Shown: positions 1 through 14,805 of the stretch, in pieces
Position numbering within the stretch: position 1 is the stretch's first letter
Layout of the letters: every line of letters begins with the position of its first letter
NCBI GenBank assembly: GCA_016748015.1
Contig: JAAOMT010000303.1
Location: 186,001-250,000, forward strand
Reading direction: 5' to 3'
Length of the DNA stretch: 64,000 nucleotides
Source of the DNA: Geosiphon pyriformis uo1
Taxonomy: Eukaryota; Fungi; Glomeromycota
The notes under the pieces: model-generated
What the model was told of the DNA's origin: nothing
Database searches by the model: none
What the model saw: the letters and a program-made list of their open reading frames with translations, nothing else
Position numbers and translations under genes: made by a program

Positions 1-99
1 AAATTTTAAATTAATTAGATAAAAACTAAAGTTATTTTTTTTTCTGTTTTTTTTTATATTTATTTAATAAATAATCTAAATACTACTTAATATATATTG

Positions 100-1070
100 T
101 ATTACCAGTAAAAATTTGAAATATTAGTTAGCATGAAATTATTTTTATAAATTTTATTATTAATTAGTATATATTATTATTTTAATATATCACTTATTAT
201 TTTACTAAATTATTCAAATTTTTATTTAATTAATAACTTAATTTGTAAAATACACAAATTGTGAGAATTAAATCACATAATACTTCAAACTATGTAATAT
301 TTAAAATTCACCAAAATTTGTAAAAATAATTAATAGTTTATTAAAATACTTAATAGTTTATAGAAATAACTTATAGTTTGCCAAAATGTATTATTAGTAC
401 AGTAAAATAATAATAAAGAAAAAAGTGCAAGTTTATAGACTAATACTACAACAAATATATAAAAAAAGCTTTTTTCTTCAAGAAAATATATTTTAACTAG
501 AATTATTTTCACTAAAAATATCTTTTTTAATATCTATATAAACTACTTTAATAAAAAGTATATTAAAAACAACAAAATTTATAAAAGTAATTTTTACTTG
601 AAAATTTCTAAATTCCAATTAACATTTTAAAATTAATTAGCTACCAATTTCAGTAATTTGTTAATGATTTTAGATTTAAACAAAAGATGATTTTCTTAAC
701 AAAATTTTTTTTCTTTTATATATATTTTTTCTTTTATATTTCTTTTTTTTCTTATTATAATTATTAAAATAGTTTATAAACAAAATTTTTATAGAAGAGT
801 TAACTTTTACAACAAAGTAATTACGTATTTTTAATAAGCTTTTAGATAAGCATTTTTTGGAAAAAAGTTGATTTTTATTGCAAAATAACTATATAAATAA
901 TTGGTATAAAATTGATTATTCTATTTATAAACTTAATAGTTTAAATTATAGAAAATAATTTGAAAATAAATTTAGTTATTAAAAATTTACTAATTTCTAA
1001 TAATTAGAAATTAACAGCAAAATAATAATAACAACATTTAAAAAAAAAAGACCCAAAATCTTTGGTAATA
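100..1070 (+). mobile_element. Highly decayed isolated LTR of family B
   Basis: Starts tattaccagtaaaaatt (family B LTR start: tgttaccagtagaattt) and ends gacccaaaatctttggtaata (family B end: gaccaaaaacctctggtaaca). It is colinear with the reverse complement of 23774-24787. No PBS follows and no TSD is recognisable. Confidence 0.8.
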
Positions 1071-1339
1071 ACAATTAAATTTCTATAAAAAAACAATTTT
1101 TTATAAAAAACATTTTTTTATAGAACTAATTAATTAATTAACAATTTTTTCTCTATATAAAAACAATTTATAAAGGAACAAAAACATAATTTTATTAAAT
1201 ATTTATTTATTACTTTTGATCTTTATTTTTTGACTGTTTTTTCTTATTTTTTTTAACTTTATTTTTTTTTATTGCAATAATAAATGAAATCCAATTACTA
1301 TTTGATACAATACAACTATTTAGAGTTTTAAATTAAACA

Positions 1340-3404
1340 TAAATTATGTACTTGTTATATATAACCAGCCATTTGGCCAATCAAAACTATACTATGAGTT
1401 TATATTAACTATAATATCTCTAATTGTATTAAAAAAAAACAAACAACCTATTCTTAAACCAAAACTAATAATATAACTTTCTTTAATTCTTAACAACTAA
1501 ATAATATCACTTAAAATCTTAATAAAAAGACTAAAAACAGTTTTAAATAAAAAATTGTCCTTATTCAACAAATCTCTATAATTTATATTAGCTCAAAGTT
1601 TTGAATTAGGTATTTATATCTACTTTCTATAATCAACAGTTAAGCTTTAAACAAACTCAATCAACTTAGTTGTAGTAAATTCAGTGTTTTTAAACAAAGT
1701 CTTAGTTTTTACTAACCAATTTTTAAACACAATTTTCTTGAACAAAACTGTATATAAATTCATATCAAAAACACATAAAGCCAATAATTGTAGAATCATA
1801 AATGAAACTAAAATTGTATTGGTTAAAGATATCTAAAAAAAAGTACTTATTTAACAGATTTTAGTAAATAGACAAATTTAGACTACAAACAAAACTGTAA
1901 TCTGAAAACTTCATTTCTTTACAGCATATACATAACATGCTTGGATAATTACAATTATATAAGCACTTTTTGACTACTACCAGCAATCTTCTATAAAGGG
2001 TTTTTATTAAATATGTGCATAAGCTAACAGTTAGTTTGCTTATGTATCTAGTTATCATGTAAAAATTAGGATACCAAATTAAAGCAGTGAGCTTCAATTT
2101 AATATTTCTAATACATGAAGGATTTACTGTATTAAAATCAGATCTAACTTTTCATTAAAAATATCTTATAGTATTGTATACTACTTTAATAAAATATTAA
2201 TATTGTTAGACACAATTTTATCATCAACCAGCAGAAAATTTTCCTTAATATTTATTGAAAAAACAAATCCTAAATGTGTAACCAAATCAGTGAATCTATC
2301 AGTAAATTCATTGTTTAAAATACCAGAATGGTTTTTTACTTTAGTTTAATTTATAGGAATGCCTTTATTTTTGACCAAGTTATTAATGTAATGCTGTTTA
2401 ATTCAACACTTATTGTGAAAATCAAGTGTCTTCAATTTTAAATCAGCTTAATATATGTCTATAAATATTTAACTATTAAAAAAAATCATAATATTAGAAA
2501 AAACTGAAACATATTTAAGAGCCAACATTATAGTCTGTATTTCAGCCAAAATTAATAAAAACAAACTGTAAATCTTCACTTTTAGATCCAAATTTAGATC
2601 AGAAAAATAAGTAGTAGCACTACCAATTGTGCTAAAAAAATTAAAGTTTTTAATAGAACTATCAGTATAGATTAAGATCTTAAACAGAAAAACATTCTTT
2701 AAATGAAAGTGAATGATACCAAAGTTATTTATATTAGACATACATATTTGAGAACAGAATACAGAAACTGTTAAAAGTTTTTAAGCCAGATCACCATTTT
2801 TGACAAACTCTAAAACCTATATAAATCAAAAAAAAATTGAACTTCTAAGATTTAACTATTTTCAACAACAATAATTATTCCAAAAAAAACATTCTCCATA
2901 ACTATTCAAAAATTGGTCCACAAAAATTATGTTAAAATGCTTAAGAGATCTATAAATCTGAAAATATTTATTTGATCCAAGATATCTATAACTAAAATTT
3001 GATTTTTAAGACAAAAGTATTAGACAAACTATTGGCCAAAAAAATTTTATGTTTAAAAAGATTCAAATAATACCAACAAAAAAATTATTTACCAAATTCA
3101 TTATTAGCTTAATAAAAAATTAAAAAAAGTTCTAAAAAATTCATTACAATATTTAGAAATTTAGCAATTTATATCAAAAAAATCAACTCAGAATATTAAT
3201 ATTATTGGCAAAATTTATAATCAAAGCCACCAATTTTATTTTATAAAAAAAAATAATATTAAAGAAAAATAAATTAAGATAAAAAAAATCACAATAAGAT
3301 ATATATAAAAAACATTAAATCTAATATAAAAATATTTAGTTTAAATAATAAGAAAAGAAAGATAACAATTAATAAAATATACTTTATTAAGTAATAATTT
3401 ATAT
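1340..3404 (-). mobile_element. Decayed 3' part of a non-LTR (LINE) retrotransposon ORF2: RNase H and C-terminal Cys/His motif
   Basis: ORF 2469-2741 reads IYTDSSIKNF...SATTYFSD...ILAEIQTIMLAL, a degenerate RNase HI motif (YTDGS...AEL.AI..AL). ORF 1861-2097 reads YPSMLCICCKEMKFSDYSFVC, resembling the CxxC..E..DH...C motif of LINE ORF2 C-termini. It is cut at ~3404 by an LTR. Confidence 0.7.
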
Positions 3405-3450
3405 TATTATAGGTAATTATTTTGGGTCTTAAATCAAATAACAAACTCAT
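3405..3450 (-). repeat. 46-bp remnant of the 3' end of an older family A LTR
   Basis: tattataggtaattattttgggtcttaaatcaaataacaaactcat matches the family A LTR terminus (compare 35893 tgttacagataattatttgggatctcaaatcaaataacaaaactcat). The next LTR starts immediately at 3451. Confidence 0.75.
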
Positions 3451-4294
3451 TATTACAGGTGATTATTTGGGGTCTCAAAGCAAATAAAAAACCCATAACT
3501 TAATGCTTAATAGCTTGAAATAATTGGTGATATCTAAAAGTTGTTCATATCTGAAGGTCTTTGAAATCTAAAAGTTTGAGTTGGAGTTTTTTGTATAATA
3601 GACAAAAATTCACTATGGTTGGTTTTGGTTGATTTCTCAAGTTGTTTTCCCAATTTTTGTCTTCAGCATAATGGCTGGTTTAATTTGGCAGTCATGCTCT
3701 TTTGGTAAGCTATCCGTTAATATATATATAATTCTACCTTTATTTCTGGGTCTTTTATCAAGCTATCCATGACATCAATACTTAGCACTTTAATTCTTTA
3801 ATCAATTAGTACACTATAAACAAAAGAAAAAAAAAAGAAAAATAAAGAAGTTAAGTCAAGACAATTAAGTTAGTATTTTGTCAATAGCTATGATTAAGAG
3901 CTATTGTTCTAATGTGGTCAAGTATTAATTACTATCAACATAAAGTGTTGATAATGAGAAATGGATTAAGATAGTGAATAATTATTTATTGATATTTGTG
4001 AATAGAAAGGTTGCTTAGATCAAATCTAAACTAAGAGGTTTGTTTTTTCTACTTTTAACACTACCACTATATATACATAATTGAAATTCTTCAATTTTTC
4101 ACCCCAAAAATTCTATAATTTCTTTGAGAAGAATTCTGGAATTCTGGAATCCTGTGATTTTTCATATAAGAATCTTGAAATTTCTGGAATCCTGCAATTC
4201 CTCTAAGAGGAATTCTGGAATTCCATATTTATTACAGCTATTTCTGATTGGTTAATTTATATGCTAATATATTTTCTATATTCTACAAGTAACA
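3451..4294 (-). repeat. 3' LTR of A1 (844 bp)
   Basis: Degenerate TGTTAC...GTAACA termini; adjacent to PPT aaaaagagagaataa; colinear with 34776-35652. Confidence 0.9.
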
Positions 4295-4307
4295 TTATTC
4301 TCTCTTT

Positions 4308-4937
4308 TTAATATTGAGCTCTGTCAAGATCTTCTAATTCTAATTTTTCATCCTTAAGTATTTTTTGGACTTCTTTCTTAAGAATTATTTGTGTTATTTT
4401 GTTCTGTAATTCTTTAAATTGGGCATTGATTATTTTTTCCATTTGGTTAATGGTAATAGAATCTATTGCTGGATTGAATAAAATTTCTGGTCAGTCTTGA
4501 AATCTGATTTGTAATCGATAAATGGCTTGTGCTTATGTGGTTAAATTGTTCTTTTCCACAAATTGTTCTAGTTGTTATAATATTTTTGGGTCGAATAATT
4601 GCTTTGTCTTATCTGTATATAAGTTCTGAATATTCAAGTGTTGTCCCAAGTAGAAATAACAAAAGTTTTTTGGAAATTCTTGTATCTATCACTTTCAAGT
4701 TTCTTTGGTCAATTCTTAATATATGGTAATATTTGTTGGCTTTTCTATTGCCAATTTTATTTTTTGAATTATTTTGTTGATGGTGTTTTCTGGTTTCTTC
4801 TGTACTTTGTATTGGGGTATTTTTCTAATATCTTTGTATTAAATGGTTTATTAGTTAATAGTAATTTCCATATTCTATTGTTGAATTAATTAAAAGAGTT
4901 GTTGTGTTAGTAAGTAAATATTGTTGGTAATTTCCAT
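4308..4937 (-). pseudogene. Family A accessory ORF3 (210 codons, internal stops)
   Basis: Manual translation gives MEITNNIYLLTQQLF...FCYFYLGQHLNIQ...AQAIYRLQIRFQD...ITINQMEKIINAQFKELQNKITQIIL...DLDRAQY*. It has the same 630-nt span as the copy at 36761-37390. Confidence 0.7.
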
Positions 4938-5009
4938 TTTTCTGATATTTCTATTATGTCTATTATATTTTTATATATTTCTTTGGTCGATTAATTTGAT
5001 GTGTTTGTG

Positions 5010-6373
5010 TCAATGATAATGATTGGTTTTAGATCTTATGGAATTTTATCTGGTTGAACTAGTATTCTTTGTATTTCTAATTGTAAAATATTATTGGTGG
5101 ATGATAGTGCTATATGATAATATGATTTTAGTCAATTACTATATGCTGCTTTGGTTAAAATTTTGTTGTTTAACCTTAATTTATAAGCTCTATTTTCTAG
5201 AATTTTTTCTATGTAAAATGGTTTGTCCCATTTGGGGTCAAATTTTCCATTCCATTGTTTTTCTACTTTGGTACAATATAAAAGTACTTTGTCTCCAATC
5301 TTGAATTTAACTAATTTATCTGGTATTTAGTTATTATGTCTTTTTTTTTGTTTTTCTTGTAACTTCTAGATGTTATTAGCTGCTTTTCGTCATTTGTTTT
5401 TTAGTGTTTCCATTAAGTTATATGTTTTTCTTAAAAATGTTCTTTGGAAATTTTCTTCTGTTATTGGTTTTGTTAAATATGTTTTGACTTCTATTTTCAC
5501 TGGTAATGTTGCTGTTCTACTATATACTAATTCAAATAGTGTTGCTTGTGTAGTGTCTTGCTTCATTGTCTAATAAGTAAATAATACTAATGATATGAAC
5601 AAATCTCATTTGTCTTGATTTTCTTGGCTAATTTTGGCAATTGCTTTGCACAATGTTCTATTGAATTTTTCAAATAATCTGTTGGTTTGTGGATAATATG
5701 GTGATGATAATAGTCTTTTGATTCCAAATCTTTGACTTAATTCTGCTAGTGTTTTGTTTACAAAGTGAGTTCCTTAATCTAATAGTAGTTTTTTTGAACA
5801 TCTGTGTTGACAAATTAGATCTTGATAAATGAATTTGGCAATAAATTCTGCATCTACTCTTTGAATTGCTTTTGCCTCTGGCCATTTAGTGAGATAATCT
5901 ATGACTACTGTAATGTATTAATTGCTTTTACTGGTTATAGTTAAAAGTCTGACTAAGTTAATTTCAATATAATCAAATAATTGTCCTACTTTGATTGGTC
6001 TTAATAATTTACTAAGTCTTGTTCCTTTTCTTTTCTGACAAGTATCACAATTTTGAACATATTGAATGATATTTGGATATATTGATAGCCAATAGTATTT
6101 TTTTTTGATTCTTTCCATGGTTGCTTTTTTGTGAAAATGTCCTGCTGTTAGATCTGAGTGTATGTTGAATAATATTGTCTTTTTCTCTGGTTTTGTAATT
6201 ATTCTGGTTGGTTGATCTGAATTTCTTTTGTTCTTCCAGTAAAGTATATTTTAATGGTTGATAAAATATTTTGATTGTTGTTTTATGTTGTTTTGTTTCT
6301 TTTGAAATAATTTTTTCTTGAACTATTGTATATTTATATAGTGCTGGAGTTGTTAATATTTTTGTGCATTCAT
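5010..6373 (-). pseudogene. A1 integrase (HHCC zinc finger, DDE core, GPY/F-like motif; no chromodomain seen)
   Basis: HSDLTAGHF...YVQNCDTCQKR...PIKVGQLFDYIEINLV and KFDPKWDKPFYI; multiple stops. Confidence 0.85.
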
Positions 6374-6433
6374 CTTTTGTTATATTTTTGTTTTCAACTG
6401 TTTAAATTTTGTTATATTTTTGGGTTGAACTGT

Positions 6434-9400
6434 TCAGATTTGTTTTATTTGCAACAAACCATTGGCATTTCCATTTTCTTTTCTTTTTTTATAGTGTACT
6501 ATAAAAGTATATGATAAAAGTGCTATTTTCTATCTTATATGTTAATTATCTCCAAATTTTTGCTTCTGGATTGAAGTCAATCCTTTGTGATCAATATATA
6601 CATCAAACTTTTGACTCAAGTATTCTTTTTATTTTATGACTGCCCAATAGATTGCTAAATGTTCTAGTACTGGAATTCCATAGTTTCTTTCAGTTAGACT
6701 TAAGCTTCTGTTGGCATAAGCTACTAGGTGTTCTCGTCCATTTGGTTTTTTTTGAGATAGTACAACTCCTAATGCTTGACCAGATGTATTAGTGATAATA
6801 ATAAATGATTTGCTGTGGTCTGAATAGATTAATACTGGGACTTGAATGAGTTTTCTTTTTAGTATGTTAAAGACTTTTTGTTGGGTTTTAGTCCATTTAT
6901 ATTTGGTGTTCTTTGTTTAGAGTTGGTGTAATGATTGAGCTATTTTGAAAAAATCTTTGATAAAGTGGCAGTAGTATTCAGCAAATTCCAAGAATGCTTT
7001 TAATTTTATGAGATTATTTGGTACTGAAAAGTTTTTAACAATTTCAATCTTATCTGGATCTGTTTTGATACTATCTTTGCTTACAACATGTCCCAAAAAC
7101 TTGAGTTCAGTTTTTCTAAAGAAACACTTAGTTGTATTTAATTTTAATCCAGCTCTTTTTAGTCTTTCAAATACTTGTTGAAAATGGTGCAAATAATCAT
7201 CAAATGTTTTGGAGAACATGTTGGTGTTATCCAAATATACGACTATTGATTTTCATAGTAGTCCAGTATAGACAATTTCCATTAATCATTGGAATGTGGC
7301 CAGTGCATTAGTTAAGCCAAATGGCATTATTTCAAATTCAAAATTCTCTTCTCTTGTGGTAAATGCTGTCTTTTCTTTATTTTCCGAATTCATGGCTACT
7401 TGTCAGTAATTATTATCTAGATTTAATGTTCAGAACCATTTCTTTCCTCCAAAAGCATCAAATAATTTTTGAATCTATGAAGTTAGATAACTGTCTCCAC
7501 AAGTTATATTATTGAGTTTTCTGTAATCCACACAAAAGTAGATTTTTCCATTTTTCTTCCAGATTAGTATCACTAATAACAACCATAGGCTTATTAATGG
7601 CTGAATTAGCCTGTTGTCAAGCATCTGATTGATTTCTTGATAAATGATTTCATGGCTGGCTAGTGGTACTCAGTATGCTTTTTATTTAATTGGCATCACA
7701 TTTCCAGTCTTAATCTGGTATTGAATTATGTCAGTTCTGCCAAACTCATTTTTACTTACAAAAATGTCAGTGAAGTTGTTGAGTAACATTTTGAGTTGTA
7801 TATGTTGAAGTGGGTCTAAATTTTTCATATTTATTTGTTTCAATTGTTCTGATTGGAGCAAATAACATTCATTCCATCTGTAGATGGTTTGTGATGTTAT
7901 ATCAACATATTTACACAGTTGTGAAAAGTCTGAAATGGTGTTTGATGGTTGGTCTTCGATTTTGGTGATTAAATATCCAATAATAGTTCCTTCTGGTATC
8001 TCTATGATATCTCCCATATTGTTGTAAATAGGAATTTTAATGTGACTGTAGTTCTTGGCTGGTATGTGTAGATTGACTAATCCAATCTTTTCTGATTCAC
8101 AAAGTGTTGCTTCTGCTTCAAAAATCTGAATCTGATCCTTTACTTTTCTCTCTATGACTACTATGTACTGATTATATGGTGGAATAGAAATTAATTAACA
8201 GGTGGAAATAATTTCTTTTTTGTCAACAATCTCTTTCTTTGCCATATTGACTGGTATATCTATTCTACCTGTGGATCCAAATCCCTATATCTCTCTAGCT
8301 GTAATCCCTAATTTTTTTCTGTTTCTTACTAACACTAACTAAGCTATTTTCACCAGAAGGAGAAATATTGCCTGTGCTATCTTTTTGTTTGGCTCTATAA
8401 TATAGGCCTTTTCTGAATTATTTTGTAGCATTACAATAATATTTTCTATATATTCTGTATCAATTATTCCTCCTCTGATGTTGATTTTTTTTTTGCTAAA
8501 CTACTCCTAGATGCTAATTGAATTATTGTTGTTGCTAGAATTTCCAGGACTACTTTAAGATCAATGCAGATGTGTGAATATAGTTCCAGTTTGATGGCAT
8601 CTTTTCTCAGATATTTCAGATCAAATCTTGCATCAGTATCATGTGTGCATTCTGGCATGATACCATTATTATTATTGCTGAACCATTTAAGTTCTTGCTT
8701 CTTGGTGAGGTCAGAAAACATAATATATTGTTTGGAGTTTAAGTCTTAGTTTGAATCATTGTTATTTTGGTTGCCATATTAGATGGAACTGGAACCAGTG
8801 TTTTTGTCATCCTTATTGTTAGAGTTTGAATTAAGATTGAAAATTAATTTCAATTCAGATGCACAGCTGCTGATTGGTTTTTCTTCTTCTGGAATTGTGT
8901 AGATCATGCATGATAGTGGATTGTAAATAAGATTACACTCATTACAATATTGGAAGTCATATAAGATTAAGCAGTATTAATACAGTCAAGTATTTAACTG
9001 TTCTAAATGTTGTTCTTGCTCTTCTCTTGTTGGTGCCAAGCATTGGTAGTACTCATAGAATTCTTCAGAATCATCTTCAATGTTGCCAAAAACATTAAAC
9101 ATTGGAACATATTTGAATTCTGGAAGGGTTAACAGATTGTTTTTAATTTCCAGCAACTTGCTGATTGTAGCATCTTCTGCTTTTGCACTTGTCATTCTCC
9201 AAATCTTATGTTTGTCATGGGAATATTTTTCTAAATATCACAATGCTCTTTTTCATGTATTGTCAATTGGAATGCCTTTATGTATCCAGTTATTGATTAA
9301 AATTGTGTATTGACATGTTTTATCATATGTCTTTTCTTTACTGGGAATGTTATTCCACATCCTTTTATTAGACAAGATAGTTCTACAGATGAAACAAGAT

Positions 9401-11596
9401 TTGTTATTCCATTTTTCTTATCTTTTTGGTTGTCTAAATCATTTTAAAACATATGGATGGCAATAGTATTTTGTTGCCATTGTGTATTCCTTATTGTCAT
9501 CACAGCATGTACTTATTGATGATAATTTTTTACTGTAATTGATACATATCAGTTTCAGTTGGCAATAGTTAGATAGTTGTGATAAAGTATAAGTATATAG
9601 ACTATAAGTGATAGTTGGTGTTGATTCTTCTTTCTTTTTTTTCCCTTTTTGCTTATTATTATTATTTTTTTACTCCCAATTTGGTGGTAGTTCATTATGG
9701 TTACTGTCATTCCATAATGTTTGATTGATGTTTCAGATAAGTTTTTCTTTTTGTTTTTTCTTTCTGCTGTTGTTCCAAGTCAAAATCAGTGGTAACTTGT
9801 TGTGGTCTTCATTGGCCCAAGAAACTTGGTAAGCTTTTCAGCTAGGTTTTTTTTTTCATTATCGAACTTGATAAGTAGTATTAATGTATTAGTACTGGGT
9901 TTGAAATGATTACACATTGCTGGTACTCATGTGTGTTATCTATTCTGACTGAATTGCAACTTCTGGGTAGTCCAGTCAAGTATTGCATTTGTTTTGGACA
10001 GCCAATCATTACCAACAAGTGCTTAGTATTAAGTGGCTTCCATAACTAATATCTTGATTAGTATAATAAGAACATTGACTTTGATAAGTAAGTTATCTAT
10101 CTCACTAATTGGAGTCTTGGTAACTCCATAAGCTGTAATTATCTTTGTGCTGGCAGTTCAATCAACTTGATAACCTAATTGGTCCATAAGTTGTCTTGTG
10201 ATAATGTTACTAGCTGATTCACTATCTAAGATCAGTTTGATAAAGTAGCCATTAATTTTGGCATTGGTATACATTGCAGTAATGGGTTTTTCTTTGAGTG
10301 CAGCTCTATTGAACAAAGAAATTTCTGATGATTCTTTGATTTCAAAGAGAAATATAGCTGCAAATGACTTGTTTTCTATAATGGTGGCTGGTAAAATATT
10401 GTTGGTAGGTGTTTGGTTGTGGTTGGTTTCCTGGTTATTGGATGAAATGTCTTCTAAGATTACTAAAAGGCTTAAATAGTGTTGAGAATTTGGGTTTTGG
10501 GTATACCCAGTGCCTGAATTCTACTGTTGAGATCCTAATTGTTGAGTTAAAGAACTAAGAATTGGTTGATAGACTACCATTGCCAATCTCCAGTTTTGTT
10601 GTATTATTCTTGGTCTTTGGATTCTGTTTTGAAATAAGTTTTGTGGTGGTGTTTGAGTTTGTTAAGGCTGATATATTACTTGTGGTTGTGGTTAATATAT
10701 TATGGGTGCTGGAGTCTGATATATTGGCAGTTGATATATTGGTTGTTGTATTATTGATAGGTAATTCTGATGATACAGTTTTGGATTTAATTGATAATTC
10801 AGAGTTTGAAACTGGCAATCAAAATTTTGATACTGATTTTCTAATCATTAGTTATTTAAACGACAGCAACAGTCAATTTGTAAGTGTTCTTATTTTCCAC
10901 AATAGTGGCAATTATGTGTTTCCTGTTGTCACTGTTGATTGGTCGAGAATGAGAGATATAATTGATTTTGGAAACAATTTGTGTTTCCTGAATTATTGCA
11001 TCATTAAAATGGCTGATAAATTGTGTAATTGTTAGCTAAATATCTCTTTAATTTCTGGTTTATTGAATTATTGAATTGTTTTAGCTTGGAATTTAAGTCA
11101 AATGATCTGTTTATTACTAAATTTATGGCTTGGATGTGATTGGCTTTGAGTTTAGCTGTTTCAAAATCTCTGGTGTTTGTAACAGTGGCTTGAAGGTCTG
11201 TTAGATGCAATAGACATAAGTGTTGGAAGATGCTACTACATAGGCCTTTAATAAATTGGTTTAAGATTTATGGTACTGTGAAATAATCAGCCTGTATTGC
11301 CTGAATTTAGTGCAGATTTCTGTGAAAGCATTCCAAGTAAGTAGTGACTGCTTCAGTTTCTTCTTGCTTAATAGTAGTGAAAATGTTGGCTAAGCAGTTA
11401 ATACTGTTTTTATTGCTAAAATATTGTAGAAACACAAGATTGAATGCATTGAAATCTTGGGGTTTGTTAACCAAGCTTTGATACCATAAGTTGGCAGTAT
11501 TCTGGAGAAAATATGAAATGGCTTGTATGGCTCTGAAATTATTCTATCCATTGGCTGTGATGGCTTTTTCAATATTATTTAGCCACATCTGGATAT
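6434..11596 (-). pseudogene. A1 gag(3')-protease-Cys-rich-dUTPase-RT-RNase H polyprotein remnant
   Basis: ORF fragments 6917-7234 (YLDNTNMFSKTFDDYLHH...LKLNTTKCFF...FLGHVVS), 8464-8721 (DARFDL...LASRSSLAKK), 7682-8017 and 11004-11210. Confidence 0.9.
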
Positions 11597-12363
11597 TGTT
11601 ACTTATAAAATATAGAAAGTATATTAGCACATAAATTAGTCAATCAGAGGTAGACATAGTAAATATGGAATTTCAGAATTCCTCTCAAGAGGAATCATAG
11701 AATTCCAGAAATTTCAGGATTCTTATACAAGGAATTGCAGAATTCCTGGTGTGAAAAATTGAGGAATTGAGGAATCTTAATTATGTATATATAGTGGTAG
11801 CATTAGAAGTAGAAAAGACAGATCTCTCAGTTTAGATTTTATCTAAGCAACCTTCTTTATTACAAATATCAAATAAATAACTATTCACTATCTCAAATTT
11901 ACTTTTCACTATTAATACTTCATGTTAATAGTAATTGATACTTAACCACACTAAAACAATAGCTCTTGATCACAGCTATTAACAGAATACTAATCTTTAT
12001 TGTCTTGGCTTATTTCTTTTATTTTCTTTTATTTTTTTTGATTTTCTTTTGTTATTTCTTTTTGTTTTACTAATTGATTAAAGATTAAATACTGAATTAT
12101 TGATGTCACAGATAGCCTGATAAAAGACCCAGAAATAAGAATAGAATTATATAGATATTAACAGATAGCTTACCAGAAAAACACAACTGCCAGATTAAAC
12201 CAGCCACCATACTGAAAACAGAAATTGGAAAAACAACTTGAGGAATCAACCAAAACCTTCAGATTCATAACACTTTTAGAAATCAACATTATTATATCAT
12301 TAATTGAGCATCAAGTTACTAATTTGTTATTTGCTTTAAGATCCCAAATAATTATCTGTAATA
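11597..12363 (+). repeat. 5' LTR of A2
   Basis: tgttactt...ctgtaata followed by the PBS-like tttgatgcttcctatgag. Confidence 0.9.
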
Positions 12364-14805
12364 TTTGATGCTTCCTATGAGGTATAATTCTACAGAAAAC
12401 CAGTACCAACAGCAATCATCCAAAAGTGACAGAATTAGAAATAATAGGGACAAACCATTTAGGATGCACTAAATTCTTATTTTAACAGTACAGCTAACAA
12501 TTAGACTTAACCAACAACTATTATTCAGTGGAATCAGCTTTCAACTTTTACATCAACAAAAGAATCACAGATTTTTTGGAGAGACTAGTTGACATTAAAT
12601 CAGCAAGAGAAAATTTCTATACAAAATTAATTCAATACACTAGCTTACCATAAAATCACAGTTTTGCACCAATTATTAGAGAAATTAATCAAGAAATTAA
12701 AAGATACATTCAACAACAATTCCTCATTACTTATGCAGATAAGAGTAAAAAAAAGTTACAAACACCAGCAGCAACTTCAAAAAAAATATAATTACCAACA
12801 TAGAAGAAACAAAAAATTAAATTTCCACTATATTCATTATATTATCACACACCTGAAAGTACTATCAATATTGCATTAGCAGGCACATTCACATTAAACA
12901 TGACATCAACATTTGGATGACTTCCATTTCAAAATAAACAAAAAAAAGCAGAATTATTAGGAACTTATGGCAATTATTTTGAAGAATTTAAATCATGATT
13001 ACTGACATCATTAAGATTTTGATCACCACTATCTTCACCAGATTTTGAAACCATGAATTCTTGGAAAGTAATGGAATCTGAAAAAAAAAAAAATGAGAAT
13101 CAAGAATTTAATTACCAAAACCTGATCCCAAAAAATCTGGAAAATCAAACCCCAAATATTCAAACTCCAGAACATTAAAACAATTCAAACTCTGATATAA
13201 TTAATTAATAACACTTACTTTTAGCAATCATAATCATTCAACCACTGATTGAATTAATTGCTGAACTGATTCAACAGCCATAAACACTATCTTAGCAACA
13301 ACCACAACAATTATTTCAACAACCACTACTGCAACAACAACAAGTTATAGCACCAATGACATATGTTCTTATCACCAAATTAGAAAAATTTACAGACAAA
13401 AAAAATAATGTTTAAGTTTGGCTCAATGATGTTACCAAAGCAATTATTGCTAATAATTGGAACAATGCCAGAGCTCTACAGACCATTTTATACTTTTTGC
13501 AAGATACTGCCAATTCATGGTATCAAAGCTTAATCAACAAATCTGTCATCTTCGACATGTTTAAAACAGAGTTTTTGAGATATTTTAGCAACCATAATAG
13601 TATTAACTGCTTAACCAATACTTTCACTACCATTAAACAAGGGGAAACTGAAACAGTCACTACTTACTTAGGATGCTTCCATAGAAATTTGTGCCAAATA
13701 CAAGTAATTGACATGAATTACTTTACAGTGTCACAGATTCTGAACCAGTTCATCTGTAAACTACACAATAGCTTTTTCCAATGCATATATCCAATGCACT
13801 TGCAAACTCTTTAAAATACAGTTACCAATACATAAGATTTCAAATTTGTTGAACTCAAAGCCAACCATATCCAAGCCATAAATCTAGTAATGAATAGATC
13901 ATTTGACTTGGATTCCAAATTGAAGCAATTTTGAGAGTCAATTAATTAGAAATTAGAGAGAATACTTAGCTAACAACAATTAGGCAGTTTATCAACCTCC
14001 ACAACAACACAATAATCAAGAAAACTCCAATTATTTCTAAAATCAACCATATTTATTATCATTGACCAATCAACAATAGCAACAAGAAACACATAATTGT
14101 TACTATTGTGAGAAATAAAGACACTTACAAATTGATTGCTACTATTGCTTAAATAACCAATAATTGGGAAATCAATATCAAAATCCGATTGCCAGTTTCA
14201 AACTTTGAGTTACCAACTAAACCCAGAATCATATCATCAGAATTACTTACTAATAATGCAGTAACTGATATATCAACCACCAATATATTAGACTTCGACA
14301 TCTATAATATCAACTGTAGTCACAAGTAATATATTAGCCTTAACCAACTCAAACACCACCACAAAACTTACCTTAAAATAGAACCTAAAGGCCAAGAATA
14401 ACACAACAAAACTGGAGATTAGCAATGGTAATTCATCAACTAATCTCCAGTTCATCCACTCAACAATCAGGATCATGCCAGTGGAGTTCAGGAACTGGAT
14501 ACACCCAAAACCTGAATTTTTAACACTATTTAAGGCTTCTAGTAACTCCAGAAGACACTTTATCTAATAATGTGGAAACCAACCAAACACAACCACTTAC
14601 CAGCAATATATCTCTAGCCACTGTTACCAATAACAAATTACTAGCAGCAATCTTCTCATTTAAACTCGAGGAACCATCATCCATGTTCTTATTTAGTACA
14701 TGCTCGAAGAAAAACCAATTACTGTCATGTACACTGATGCTAAAGTTGATGGCTACCTCATCAAATTCATATTAGATAGTGAGTCAGCAAACAGCATTAT
14801 CACAT

